Shown: piece by piece, positions 38,174 to 45,989 of the stretch
Position numbering within the stretch: position 1 is the first letter of the stretch
Layout of the letters: every line of letters begins with the position of its first letter
Source: an uncultured Solibacteraceae bacterium
GTDB taxonomy: Bacteria; Acidobacteriota; Vicinamibacteria; Vicinamibacterales; SCN-69-37
Length of the DNA stretch: 64,000 nucleotides
Direction: 5' to 3'
NCBI GenBank assembly: GCA_964419785.1
Contig: CAYQRM010000046.1
Coordinates: 9,473 to 73,472 of the forward strand
Made by a program: the position numbers and the translations under genes
The notes under the pieces: model-generated
Databases searched by the model: none
What the model was told of the DNA's origin: nothing
What the model saw: the letters and a program-made list of their open reading frames with translations, nothing else

Positions 38174-38614
38174 TTAGCCGTTGACCTGAATCTGGCGCGG
38201 TCGCGTTTCTTCGCGGCGCGGCAGCGTCACCGTCAAAACGCCATCCTGATAGCCGGCCGATACCCGCCCGGCATCGACGGTCGTCGGCAGCGTGAAGCTC
38301 CGATGGAACGCGCCAAATCCGCGCTCGATCCGGTGGTACTGCTCGTGGCTCGTCGTCTGATCGAGTTTGCGCTCGCCTTCGATCGTGAGCACGTTGTCCT
38401 CGACGGTCACCTTGATGTCTTCCCGTTTCATCTCGGGCAGTTCGATCTTGACGACGACGTCGTGGTTCGACGCCTCGTAGATGTCCGTCGCGGGCACCCA
38501 CGTGCCGCGGACGTCGCCCGACAGCACGGCGTTGAACATCTGATTCAGCCGGTCGATTTCGACGGTGGCCAAATCGCTAATGGGACTCCAGCGGGTCAAT
38601 GTCATGGTTTTCAC
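38174..38614 (-). CDS. Hsp20/alpha-crystallin family small heat-shock protein
   Basis: WVPATDIYEASNHDVVVKIELPEMKREDIKVTVEDNVLTIEGERK...GAFHRSFTLP...GVLTVTLPR. GTG at 38614 follows the SD AGGAGG; an ATG at 38605 is the alternative. Confidence 0.93.
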   Translation of the reverse strand: MKTMTLTRWSPISDLATVEIDRLNQMFNAVLSGDVRGTWVPATDIYEASNHDVVVKIELPEMKREDIKVTVEDNVLTIEGERKLDQTTSHEQYHRIERGFGAFHRSFTLPTTVDAGRVSAGYQDGVLTVTLPRREETRPRQIQVNG

Positions 38615-38625
38615 GAGACCTCCTG

Positions 38626-38761
38626 CGGTCAGTTCGCACCATCATCATAACAAAAACTGAGCATAATACAAATATATTATCTTAGCGTATTGCACGCATA
38701 TATTACTCATCCAAGAGCCGCCCAATCAGCGGCCCTTCGCCCATTGCTGCGCCTCCCCTGT
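38626..38761. promoter_or_regulatory. AT-rich divergent promoter region between the two hsp20 genes
   Basis: The most AT-rich stretch of the window (…CATAACAAAAACTGAGCATAATACAAATATATTATCTTAGCGTATTGCACGCATATATTACTCAT…). On the minus strand it reads TTGTAT-N16-TATGAT. ATATATTA occurs twice. Confidence 0.55.
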
Positions 38762-39220
38762 ATGATCAGGACTGTCGTGAGCGATCCCCTTCTTACTCAG
38801 GACGCCGCGGATTTGGCCGAAGAAGCCCGGCGGCTGCTGGTCGAGCTCGACCGCGACGTCCCGAGCGCGGCGGCGGTGACGACGGATTGCCGCCCGCCGA
38901 TCGACGTGTTCGAGACGACGGACGCGGTCGAGGTCGTCGTCGATGTGCCTGGCGTGGCGCCCGATCGCCTGCGCGTGGCCGTGCGCCGCGACACGGTGCT
39001 CGTCGTGGGCGTGAAGCTCGCCCCGGTGGCAGACATCCGATCGCGCTTTCATCTCGCAGAGCGCGCGTACGGTCATTTCGCGCGCGCGGTGCGGCTTGGC
39101 GGCGCGTTCGACGCCAATCGCGCGCGGGCGCTCGCGTCGGGCGGACAGCTGCGTGTCGTGCTGCCGCGGATCGAAGAACGCCGGGGACGCGTGATCGAAG
39201 TGGCGGTGGAGCGCGGATGA
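38762..39220 (+). CDS. Hsp20/alpha-crystallin family small heat-shock protein (divergent second copy)
   Basis: PPIDVFETTDAVEVVVDVPGVAPDRLRVAVRRDTVLVVGVK...YGHFARAVRL...GQLRVVLPR. Start uncertain: ATG 38762 has no clear SD. Confidence 0.8.
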   Translation: MIRTVVSDPLLTQDAADLAEEARRLLVELDRDVPSAAAVTTDCRPPIDVFETTDAVEVVVDVPGVAPDRLRVAVRRDTVLVVGVKLAPVADIRSRFHLAERAYGHFARAVRLGGAFDANRARALASGGQLRVVLPRIEERRGRVIEVAVERG

Positions 39221-40041
39221 CTCGCCTGCTCTTCATTGGCGACATCGTCGGCCGTCCGGGCCGCGAGCTCGTGCGGCGCGGACTTGGCGCGCTCGTCGCG
39301 CATCATCAGATCGATCTCGTCATCGCCAACGTCGAAAATGCCGCCGCGGGATTTGGCGTCACGCCGGAGATCGCCGACGACCTCATGTCGTACGGCGTGC
39401 ACGTGATGACCGGCGGCAATCACACGTGGGACAAGAAAGAGATCCTGCCCTATTTCGACGATCAGCCCCGGCTGCTCCGTCCTGCGAATCTGCCGGCGGG
39501 CGCGCCAGGCCGCGGGTCGTACGTCGCACGCGCGGATAACGGCGTGCCGGTCGGGGTGGTCAACGTGATGGGCCGCGTGTTCATGACCGCGATCGACGAT
39601 CCGTTTCGCGTGGCCCTCGAGCAGACCGAGCGGGTGCGCGGCGAAGCCAAAATCGTGCTCGTCGACATGCACGCCGAGGCGACCTCAGAAAAGGTCGCGC
39701 TCGGCTGGTACCTCGACGGCCGCGCGTCGGTCGTCGTCGGCACGCATACACACGTCCAGACCGCCGACGAGCGGATCCTGCCGCAGGGCACGGCGTACAT
39801 CACTGACGTCGGGATGACCGGCCCGCACGACTCGGTCATCGGCGTCGAGCGATCAGCGGTGCTTCAGCGCTTTCTGACGTCGATGCCCCAGCGCTTCGAG
39901 ACGGCGACTGAGAATCCGCGCCTGAACGCGGTCCTCGTCGACGCCGACGAGCACACCGGGCGCGCGAGATCGATCTCGCGATTGAGCCTGTCGTCGCGCG
40001 ACATCGAGTCCCTCGTCGCGCAGCCTGCGACGCCCCGCTAG
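39217..40041 (+). CDS. ymdB: YmdB-like metallophosphoesterase (TIGR00282 family)
   Basis: MTRLLFIGDIVGRPGR..., VIANVENAAAGFG, GGNHTWDKKE, DMHAEATSEK, GTHTHVQTADERIL. ATGA overlap with the hsp20 stop. Confidence 0.9.
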   Translation: MTRLLFIGDIVGRPGRELVRRGLGALVAHHQIDLVIANVENAAAGFGVTPEIADDLMSYGVHVMTGGNHTWDKKEILPYFDDQPRLLRPANLPAGAPGRGSYVARADNGVPVGVVNVMGRVFMTAIDDPFRVALEQTERVRGEAKIVLVDMHAEATSEKVALGWYLDGRASVVVGTHTHVQTADERILPQGTAYITDVGMTGPHDSVIGVERSAVLQRFLTSMPQRFETATENPRLNAVLVDADEHTGRARSISRLSLSSRDIESLVAQPATPR

Positions 40042-40048
40042 ACCGTCC

Positions 40049-41434
40049 ATGGACGATCGGTTCGCGCTGCCGTTCGACGATCTGCCGCACCGCGACGAGA
40101 CGCCGCGCCGGCCGGCGCGACCGCTCTCGGTCAGCCAGCTCACGGCGGATCTCAAACGAATCGTCGAAGGCTCCTTTGGCTGGATCACCGTCGAAGGCGA
40201 GATCTCCAACTGCAAGGCGTGGAGCTCGGGCCACGTCTACTTCACGCTCAAGGACGACTACGCGCAAATTCGCGCCGTGATGTTTCGCACCCGCGCGCGC
40301 CTGCTGAAGTTCAAGGCCGAGGACGGGCTGCGGGTCGTCGTGCGCGGCCGGCTCAGCGTGTACGAAGTAAAGGGCGAGTACCAGCTCGTCTGCGAAACGA
40401 TGGAGCCTCAGGGGCTGGGCGCGCTTCAGGCCGCGTTCGAGCAGCTCAAGCGGCGGCTCCAGGCCGAAGGCCTGTTCGCCGTCGAGCGAAAGCGTCCGCT
40501 CCCGGTGTTGCCGCGGCGCATCGGCGTCGTCACGTCGGCAGACGGCGCCGCGTTACGCGACATCCTTCGCGTGCTTGCCGCGCGGCATCCGCTGGCGCGC
40601 GTGGTGATTCGTCCCGCGCGCGTGCAAGGCGATGGCGCGGCCGAAGATCTCGTCCGCGCGCTCGTCGCGATCGCGCGCGTCCCCGAGATCGACGTCGTGA
40701 TCGTGGGCCGCGGCGGCGGGTCGGTCGAGGATCTCTGGGCCTTCAACGACGAGCGGCTCGCCCGCGCGATCGCCGCGTGTCCGGTGCCCGTCATTTCCGC
40801 CGTCGGACACGAAATCGATTTCACGATCGCCGACTTCGTCGCCGACGTGCGCGCCGCGACACCGTCGAACGCGGCCGAGCTCGTCGTGGATCGCGCCGAC
40901 AATTTCCTCACGCGGATTGATCGCGCCGCGGCTCGGCTGGCCAGCGCGATGGATCGACTCGCCGAGCGTCGCGCGCTCGCCCTCGATCGCGCCGGCGAAC
41001 GGCTCGAGCGCTGGCCCGTGACCGTCGCCATGCGCGACCGCGATCGCGAACAGCTCGGGCTCCGCCTGACGCACGCGCTCGCCGGGCGTCTGGCGCGCGA
41101 GCGTCACCGCTTCGACGCGATTCGCCGCCGGCTGGAGCAGCGCGACGTGCGGCGCGTCACGGCCGAAATGCGCACGCGACTGGTCCACGCCGACGGCCGG
41201 CTGCGCGGCTGCGTCGAGCGACGCCGACTGGCCGCCGATGCCCGATCTCGCGAGCTCGCGGGCCGCCTCGACGCCTTGAGTCCGCTCGGCGTCCTCGCCC
41301 GCGGCTACGCCGTCTGTTGGAACGAGACGCGGACGAGTATCATTCGCTCGGCGCGCGCCGTGAAACCTGGCGACGCCGTGCGGGTCACGCTCGCGCAAGG
41401 CGAGCTCGCCTGCCGCGTGGATCACACCGAATGA
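40049..41434 (+). CDS. xseA: Exodeoxyribonuclease VII large subunit
   Basis: N-terminal OB fold (WITVEGEISNCKAWSSGHVYFTLKDD), GVVTSADGAALRDI, RGGGSVEDLWAFNDE. C-terminal coiled region. Confidence 0.93.
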   Translation: MDDRFALPFDDLPHRDETPRRPARPLSVSQLTADLKRIVEGSFGWITVEGEISNCKAWSSGHVYFTLKDDYAQIRAVMFRTRARLLKFKAEDGLRVVVRGRLSVYEVKGEYQLVCETMEPQGLGALQAAFEQLKRRLQAEGLFAVERKRPLPVLPRRIGVVTSADGAALRDILRVLAARHPLARVVIRPARVQGDGAAEDLVRALVAIARVPEIDVVIVGRGGGSVEDLWAFNDERLARAIAACPVPVISAVGHEIDFTIADFVADVRAATPSNAAELVVDRADNFLTRIDRAAARLASAMDRLAERRALALDRAGERLERWPVTVAMRDRDREQLGLRLTHALAGRLARERHRFDAIRRRLEQRDVRRVTAEMRTRLVHADGRLRGCVERRRLAADARSRELAGRLDALSPLGVLARGYAVCWNETRTSIIRSARAVKPGDAVRVTLAQGELACRVDHTE

Positions 41435-41670
41435 CCAACTCGATCAAGGACTTCGAATCGGCCATCGCCGAGCTGGAAAAGATCGTCAAGCAGCTCGAAG
41501 AGGGCGACCTCGCGCTCGACAAATCGCTCGCGCTCTTCGAGCGCGGCGTCGAGCTGTCGCGCTACTGTCACGAACAGCTCGGCGCGGCGCAGCGCCGGAT
41601 CGAGCTCTTGACCGAACGCGGCGAGCTCAAAGACGCCGCGCACCTCGCCGACTCCGACGACGATCGGTGA
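41431..41670 (+). CDS. xseB: Exodeoxyribonuclease VII small subunit
   Basis: FESAIAELEKIVKQLEEGDLALDKSLALFERGVELSRYC. ATGA overlap with xseA. Confidence 0.93.
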   Translation: MTNSIKDFESAIAELEKIVKQLEEGDLALDKSLALFERGVELSRYCHEQLGAAQRRIELLTERGELKDAAHLADSDDDR

Positions 41671-42635
41671 TCGAGGTGTCGTCCGCACGACCTGGCATCA
41701 CCGAGTACCTCGGCGAGCTTCGCCACATCGTCGACGCGGCGCTGCCGCACGCCCTGCCCACCACCGCGCCGCCGCTCATCGTCGACGCGATGCGGTACGC
41801 CCTGCTCGGCGGCGGCAAGCGTCTCCGTCCGTGCCTGACGCTCGCCGTCGCGGAAGCCACGGGCGCCGCGGCTGGACACTCGATCGCCGACGCGCGCCTG
41901 CTGGCGCTGCCTGCCGCGTGCGCCGTCGAGATGATTCACACGTACTCGCTCGTTCATGACGATCTGCCGGCGATGGACGACGACGCGCTGCGACGCGGAC
42001 GGCCGACATCCCACGTCGTCTACGGCGACGGCATGGCGATCCTTGTCGGCGACGGTCTGCTGACCGAAGCGTTCGCCGTCATCTCGCAGTCGCCGTCGCG
42101 CGTGCTGCAGCCCGGCGCGCCCGAACCGTCCGCGCATCGCCGCCTCGAAGCGGTCGCCGTGCTGTCGCGCGCCGCCGGCGCCATCGGCATGGTCGGCGGC
42201 CAGGCCATCGATCTTGCGGCCGCTGGCCGGGTGAAAGACGTTGCGAAATCCGCGTTCGACGCGCCGTCGCTCGAGGACATGCACGCGCGGAAGACCGGCG
42301 CGCTGATTCGAGCCGCGTCGCTGATTGGCGCCATCGCGGCGGGCGCCGGCGACGACGTGCAGGAAGCGATCGACGCGTACGCGCGCGAGCTCGGCCTCGC
42401 GTTTCAGATCGTCGACGATGTGCTCGACGTCGAGAGCACGCCGGCCGCGCTGGGCAAGACCGCCGGCAAGGACGCCGCCGCGGGCAAGCCCACGTACCCC
42501 GCGATGCACGGAGTCGACGTCTCGCGCCGGCTCGCGATCGAGTGCGTCGAGCGCGCGAAGGCGGCGCTCGCGCCGGTCCGCCTCGGCGGCCGGCTCGCCG
42601 AAATCGCCGCCTGGACCCTGACCCGCACCAGCTGA
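41667..42635 (+). CDS. ispA: Polyprenyl (farnesyl/geranylgeranyl) diphosphate synthase
   Basis: FARM motif LVHDDLPAMDDDALRRGRPT and SARM motif FQIVDDVLD. GTGA overlap with xseB. Confidence 0.9.
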   Translation: MIEVSSARPGITEYLGELRHIVDAALPHALPTTAPPLIVDAMRYALLGGGKRLRPCLTLAVAEATGAAAGHSIADARLLALPAACAVEMIHTYSLVHDDLPAMDDDALRRGRPTSHVVYGDGMAILVGDGLLTEAFAVISQSPSRVLQPGAPEPSAHRRLEAVAVLSRAAGAIGMVGGQAIDLAAAGRVKDVAKSAFDAPSLEDMHARKTGALIRAASLIGAIAAGAGDDVQEAIDAYARELGLAFQIVDDVLDVESTPAALGKTAGKDAAAGKPTYPAMHGVDVSRRLAIECVERAKAALAPVRLGGRLAEIAAWTLTRTS

Positions 42636-42642
42636 GGTGCGC

Positions 42643-43401
42643 ATGGCCAAGGTGCGACTCGACCAGCTACTCGTCGCGCGGGGCCTCGCGCAATCGCGCG
42701 AGCGCGCGCAGGCGCTCGTGCTCGCGGGCGAAGTCAGCGTCGGCGGCCGGGTCGTCGACAAAGCCGGCACGCTCGTCGACGATGACGCCGAGGTCAGCGT
42801 CCGCACGCCGGATCATCCGTGGGTCGGCCGCGGCGGCCTCAAGCTCGATCACGCGCTCGACGTGTTTGGCATCGACGTCGCGGACCGCACCGCGCTCGAC
42901 ATCGGCGCGTCGACCGGCGGCTTTACCGACGTGCTCCTTCAGCGCGGTGCGCGCAAAGTCGTCGCCGTCGACGTCGGACACAACCAGATGGCGTGGCGGC
43001 TCCGCACCGATCCGCGCGTGGTCGTGATCGAAGGGCTGAACGCGCGGTCGCTCAAACGCGACGATCTCCCGCCGGACGTCGGACCGATCGACATCGTGAC
43101 GATCGACGTCTCGTTCATCTCGCTGCGGTACATTCTTCCCGTCGTGCCGCCGCTCGTCGCGTCGAACGGATGCGTGATCGCGCTCGTCAAGCCGCAGTTC
43201 GAGGCGGGGCGCGAGGAGGTCGGCAAGGGCGGCATCGTCGCCGATCCGGCCGTGCACGCGCGGGTCGTCGAAGAGGTGGCGCGACTGGCGCGCGAGGTAG
43301 GATTGGAGCGCGCCGGGCTCGAGGCCTCGCCCATCGCCGGCGTCGCCGGCAATCGCGAGTTCTTTCTCATGTTCACGCCGGCGCGTGATTCCCAACGCTG
43401 A
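42643..43401 (+). CDS. tlyA: TlyA family rRNA (cytidine-2'-O)-methyltransferase
   Basis: S4 domain (RLDQLLVARGLAQSRERAQALVLAG) plus FtsJ motif DIGASTGGFTDVLLQRGA. ATG 42643 preferred over GTG 42637. Confidence 0.9.
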   Translation: MAKVRLDQLLVARGLAQSRERAQALVLAGEVSVGGRVVDKAGTLVDDDAEVSVRTPDHPWVGRGGLKLDHALDVFGIDVADRTALDIGASTGGFTDVLLQRGARKVVAVDVGHNQMAWRLRTDPRVVVIEGLNARSLKRDDLPPDVGPIDIVTIDVSFISLRYILPVVPPLVASNGCVIALVKPQFEAGREEVGKGGIVADPAVHARVVEEVARLAREVGLERAGLEASPIAGVAGNREFFLMFTPARDSQR

Positions 43402-44282
43402 TGGCCACCATGCGTATCGGCCTGGTCGCGCGACTGACGATGCCCGACGCCCTCTCGGCGCTCGGAACGGCCGCGTCGTGGCTTGACGCACACGGCGCGA
43501 AGCCCGTCGTCGAGGCGCGATGCGCCGCGGCGGCCGGACTCAGCACGCGGTGGCCCACGGCCGATCGCACGTTACTCGCTACCAAGGTCGACGCCGTCAT
43601 CGCCTTTGGCGGCGACGGATCGCTGCTCGACGCCGCGAGCGCCGTCGCGCACTCCGGCGCCGACGTGCCGCTGCTCGGCGTCAATCTCGGACACCTCGGA
43701 TTTCTGACGGAAGTGGGACGAGACGAGCTCGAGGCGACGCTCGACGCCGTCGTCTCGGGACGCACGCGGGTGGAATCGCGGCTGATGCTACGCGGCCGTG
43801 TCGAACGGAACGGATCGATCGCGGCCGAGCACCTCGCACTCAACGACATCGTCGTCACGCGCGGAGCGCTCTCGCGCATGATCGAGATCGATGCGCGCGT
43901 CGGCGACCATCTTGTGTGTCACGTCAAGGCCGACGGCTTGATCGTCGCGACGGCCACCGGATCGACCGCGTACAACCTTTCAGCGGGCGGTCCGATCGTC
44001 CATCCGTCGATCGACGCCGTGGTGCTCACGCCAATCGCGCCGCACACGCTCACCTACCGGCCGATCGTGCTACCCGCGGATTCTGAAATCACGTTGCAGC
44101 CCGACATCGAGCCCGGTCTCTCCGACATCGTCGTCACGTTCGACGGGCAATTCGGCGTGCCACTCACGCAGGGAGATCGCGTCGTCGTCGATCGTGCGTC
44201 GCGCGAGCTGCGGCTGCTTCGAACGTCGTCACGATCGCACTTCGACATGCTGCGCGAGAAGCTGAAGTGGGGACATGGCTGA
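43401..44282 (+). CDS. nadK: NAD kinase
   Basis: AFGGDGSLLDAA, GVNLGHLGFL, NDIVV, ATATGSTAYNLSAGGPIV. Confidence 0.93.
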   Translation: MATMRIGLVARLTMPDALSALGTAASWLDAHGAKPVVEARCAAAAGLSTRWPTADRTLLATKVDAVIAFGGDGSLLDAASAVAHSGADVPLLGVNLGHLGFLTEVGRDELEATLDAVVSGRTRVESRLMLRGRVERNGSIAAEHLALNDIVVTRGALSRMIEIDARVGDHLVCHVKADGLIVATATGSTAYNLSAGGPIVHPSIDAVVLTPIAPHTLTYRPIVLPADSEITLQPDIEPGLSDIVVTFDGQFGVPLTQGDRVVVDRASRELRLLRTSSRSHFDMLREKLKWGHG

Positions 44283-44454
44283 CATCGGCGATTGGCGATT
44301 TGAGATCGGCGAGGGTATCGGCGATCGGGCGATTGAGCTATCGATCAGCAACGAGCCATCGTCATATGCGATGAGTCGATCGGTCCATCGGTCGATCGGT
44401 CCATCGCTCGATCGCCGATACCATCGCCGATCGCCCATCGCCGATCATCGATGA
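44283..44454. repeat. 172-bp imperfect inverted repeat of ATCGGCGAT-type words filling the nadK/mltG convergent gap
   Basis: Left: GATCGGCGAGGGTATCGGCGATCG. The reverse complement of the right arm is GATCGGCGATGGTATCGGCGATCG. Centre holds 2 tandem copies of TCGATCGGTCCATCG. Confidence 0.8.
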
Positions 44455-45468
44455 TCAGTGTTTTCGAATGATCTGGTACTTGAGCACGTTGCGATTGTGC
44501 TCTTCCAGCGTGGTCGCAAACACGTGCGTGCCGTCGTTGCGGCTGACGAAATAGAGATACGGCACGTCGGCCGGATGGATCGCCGCTTCGAGTGACGGCC
44601 GGCCGGGCGAGGCGATCGGGCCGGGCGGCAGGCCGGCATAGCGATACGTGTTGTATGGCGAGTCGATCTGCAAGTCGACGCGGCGAATGTTGCCGTTCCA
44701 TGTGCCGGCAAGCATGAGCGCGTAGACTACGGTCGGATCGCACTGCAACAACATCCCTTTCCTGAGCCGATTCTGATACACGGCCGACACGATCGCTCGC
44801 TCCTCGGGTCGGGCCGTCTCCTTCTCGATGATCGACGCGAGCGTGACGACGTCGCGCGGCGTCAGGTGCGCCGCCTCCGCATCGTTTCGCATCTCGGCGT
44901 CGAAGCTCTTGTCGAATTCCGCGATCATCGCCTGGACGGTGCCCGACGCGCCCGCTTTGCGCGGCAGCGTGTACGTGCTGGGAAACAGATAGCCCTCGAG
45001 CGAGCGCGCGTCGGGATCGAGATCGCCGATGAGCGAGGTGTCGTGTGCGGCCTTCGTGAACTCTTCGGCGGTGCCGAGGCCGCTCTTGCCGAAAATGACG
45101 GCCATCTCTTCGATGGTCAGCCCCTCGGGAAACGTGATCGGATGCTTGTAGATGTCGCCGCGCGCGATGCGCTCGGCGACTTCGCGCGGCGACGCGGGCT
45201 GGGCGAAGCGATATTCGCCGGCCTGCAGGTGTCGCTCGACGCCGGCGACCTGCGCGGCGAGACGAAACGTCAGCGCGTCGGGCACGACGCCGGCGGCGGC
45301 GAGGCGATCGCCGATGCCGGAGACGCCCGATCCGGGCGGCACGTCGACGAAGACTTCAGCGTCGGTGAACGCGCGATACGGCGAGTCGAGTCGGACCTTC
45401 ATCCACCAGGCCGCGCCCGCCGCGATCACGACCAGCACGAGAAGGAGGAGGCCGAGTCGCTTCAGCAT
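44455..45468 (-). CDS. mltG: Endolytic murein transglycosylase MltG (YceG-like)
   Basis: N-terminal TM (LLLLVLVVIAAGAAWW), SIIEKETARPEERAIVSAVYQNRL, LQCDPTVVY, SPYNTYRYAGLPPGPIASPG. Confidence 0.92.
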   Translation of the reverse strand: MLKRLGLLLLVLVVIAAGAAWWMKVRLDSPYRAFTDAEVFVDVPPGSGVSGIGDRLAAAGVVPDALTFRLAAQVAGVERHLQAGEYRFAQPASPREVAERIARGDIYKHPITFPEGLTIEEMAVIFGKSGLGTAEEFTKAAHDTSLIGDLDPDARSLEGYLFPSTYTLPRKAGASGTVQAMIAEFDKSFDAEMRNDAEAAHLTPRDVVTLASIIEKETARPEERAIVSAVYQNRLRKGMLLQCDPTVVYALMLAGTWNGNIRRVDLQIDSPYNTYRYAGLPPGPIASPGRPSLEAAIHPADVPYLYFVSRNDGTHVFATTLEEHNRNVLKYQIIRKH

Positions 45469-45941
45469 CCGGCGTCCTGCGGGTCGTCGGCCGCGACGAA
45501 CGCCGCGCGGGCTCGTGCATCGAGAAAATCCTGAAGGATGATGGCCGCTGCGGCGGCGTCGAGCTTCTCTTTGCGACGTCGCCAATCGGGCTCGCGCTCG
45601 GCCAGGCGCGCGTCGGCTTCGTGACTCGTCAACCGCTCGTCCTGCAGATGCGTCTCCAGTCGCGTGAGCTCGGCGAGCGCGCCGGCGAACGCGCGCGCCT
45701 CGCCGGTTTGCGCGTTGTCCTCGCCGCCCAGACGGCGCGGCAGGCCGACGACGATCCCGCCGAGATCGGAGAGCTCGTCGTCGGTCTCGCGCGCGGCGAC
45801 GATTGACGCGATCTCTTTCGCCGACTCGTGCGGCGTCGCCTGCGCCGCGACGGTCTTCCACGGCCGGGCGAGCGATCCGCTCGCGTCCGACACGGCCAGC
45901 CCGATCCGTCGGCGGCCGTAGTCTACGCCGAGAAAGCGCAT
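45462..45941 (-). CDS. ruvX: Holliday junction resolvase-like RuvX (YqgF)
   Basis: MRFLGVDYGRRRIGLAVSD...IVVGLPRRLGGEDN..., ..DERLTSHEA. 7-nt overlap with the mltG start. Confidence 0.9.
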   Translation of the reverse strand: MRFLGVDYGRRRIGLAVSDASGSLARPWKTVAAQATPHESAKEIASIVAARETDDELSDLGGIVVGLPRRLGGEDNAQTGEARAFAGALAELTRLETHLQDERLTSHEADARLAEREPDWRRRKEKLDAAAAAIILQDFLDARARAAFVAADDPQDAGC

Positions 45942-45989
45942 GACGGTAGCGTAGCAAACTCGATCGACCGTTCGCGATACACTGCACGC

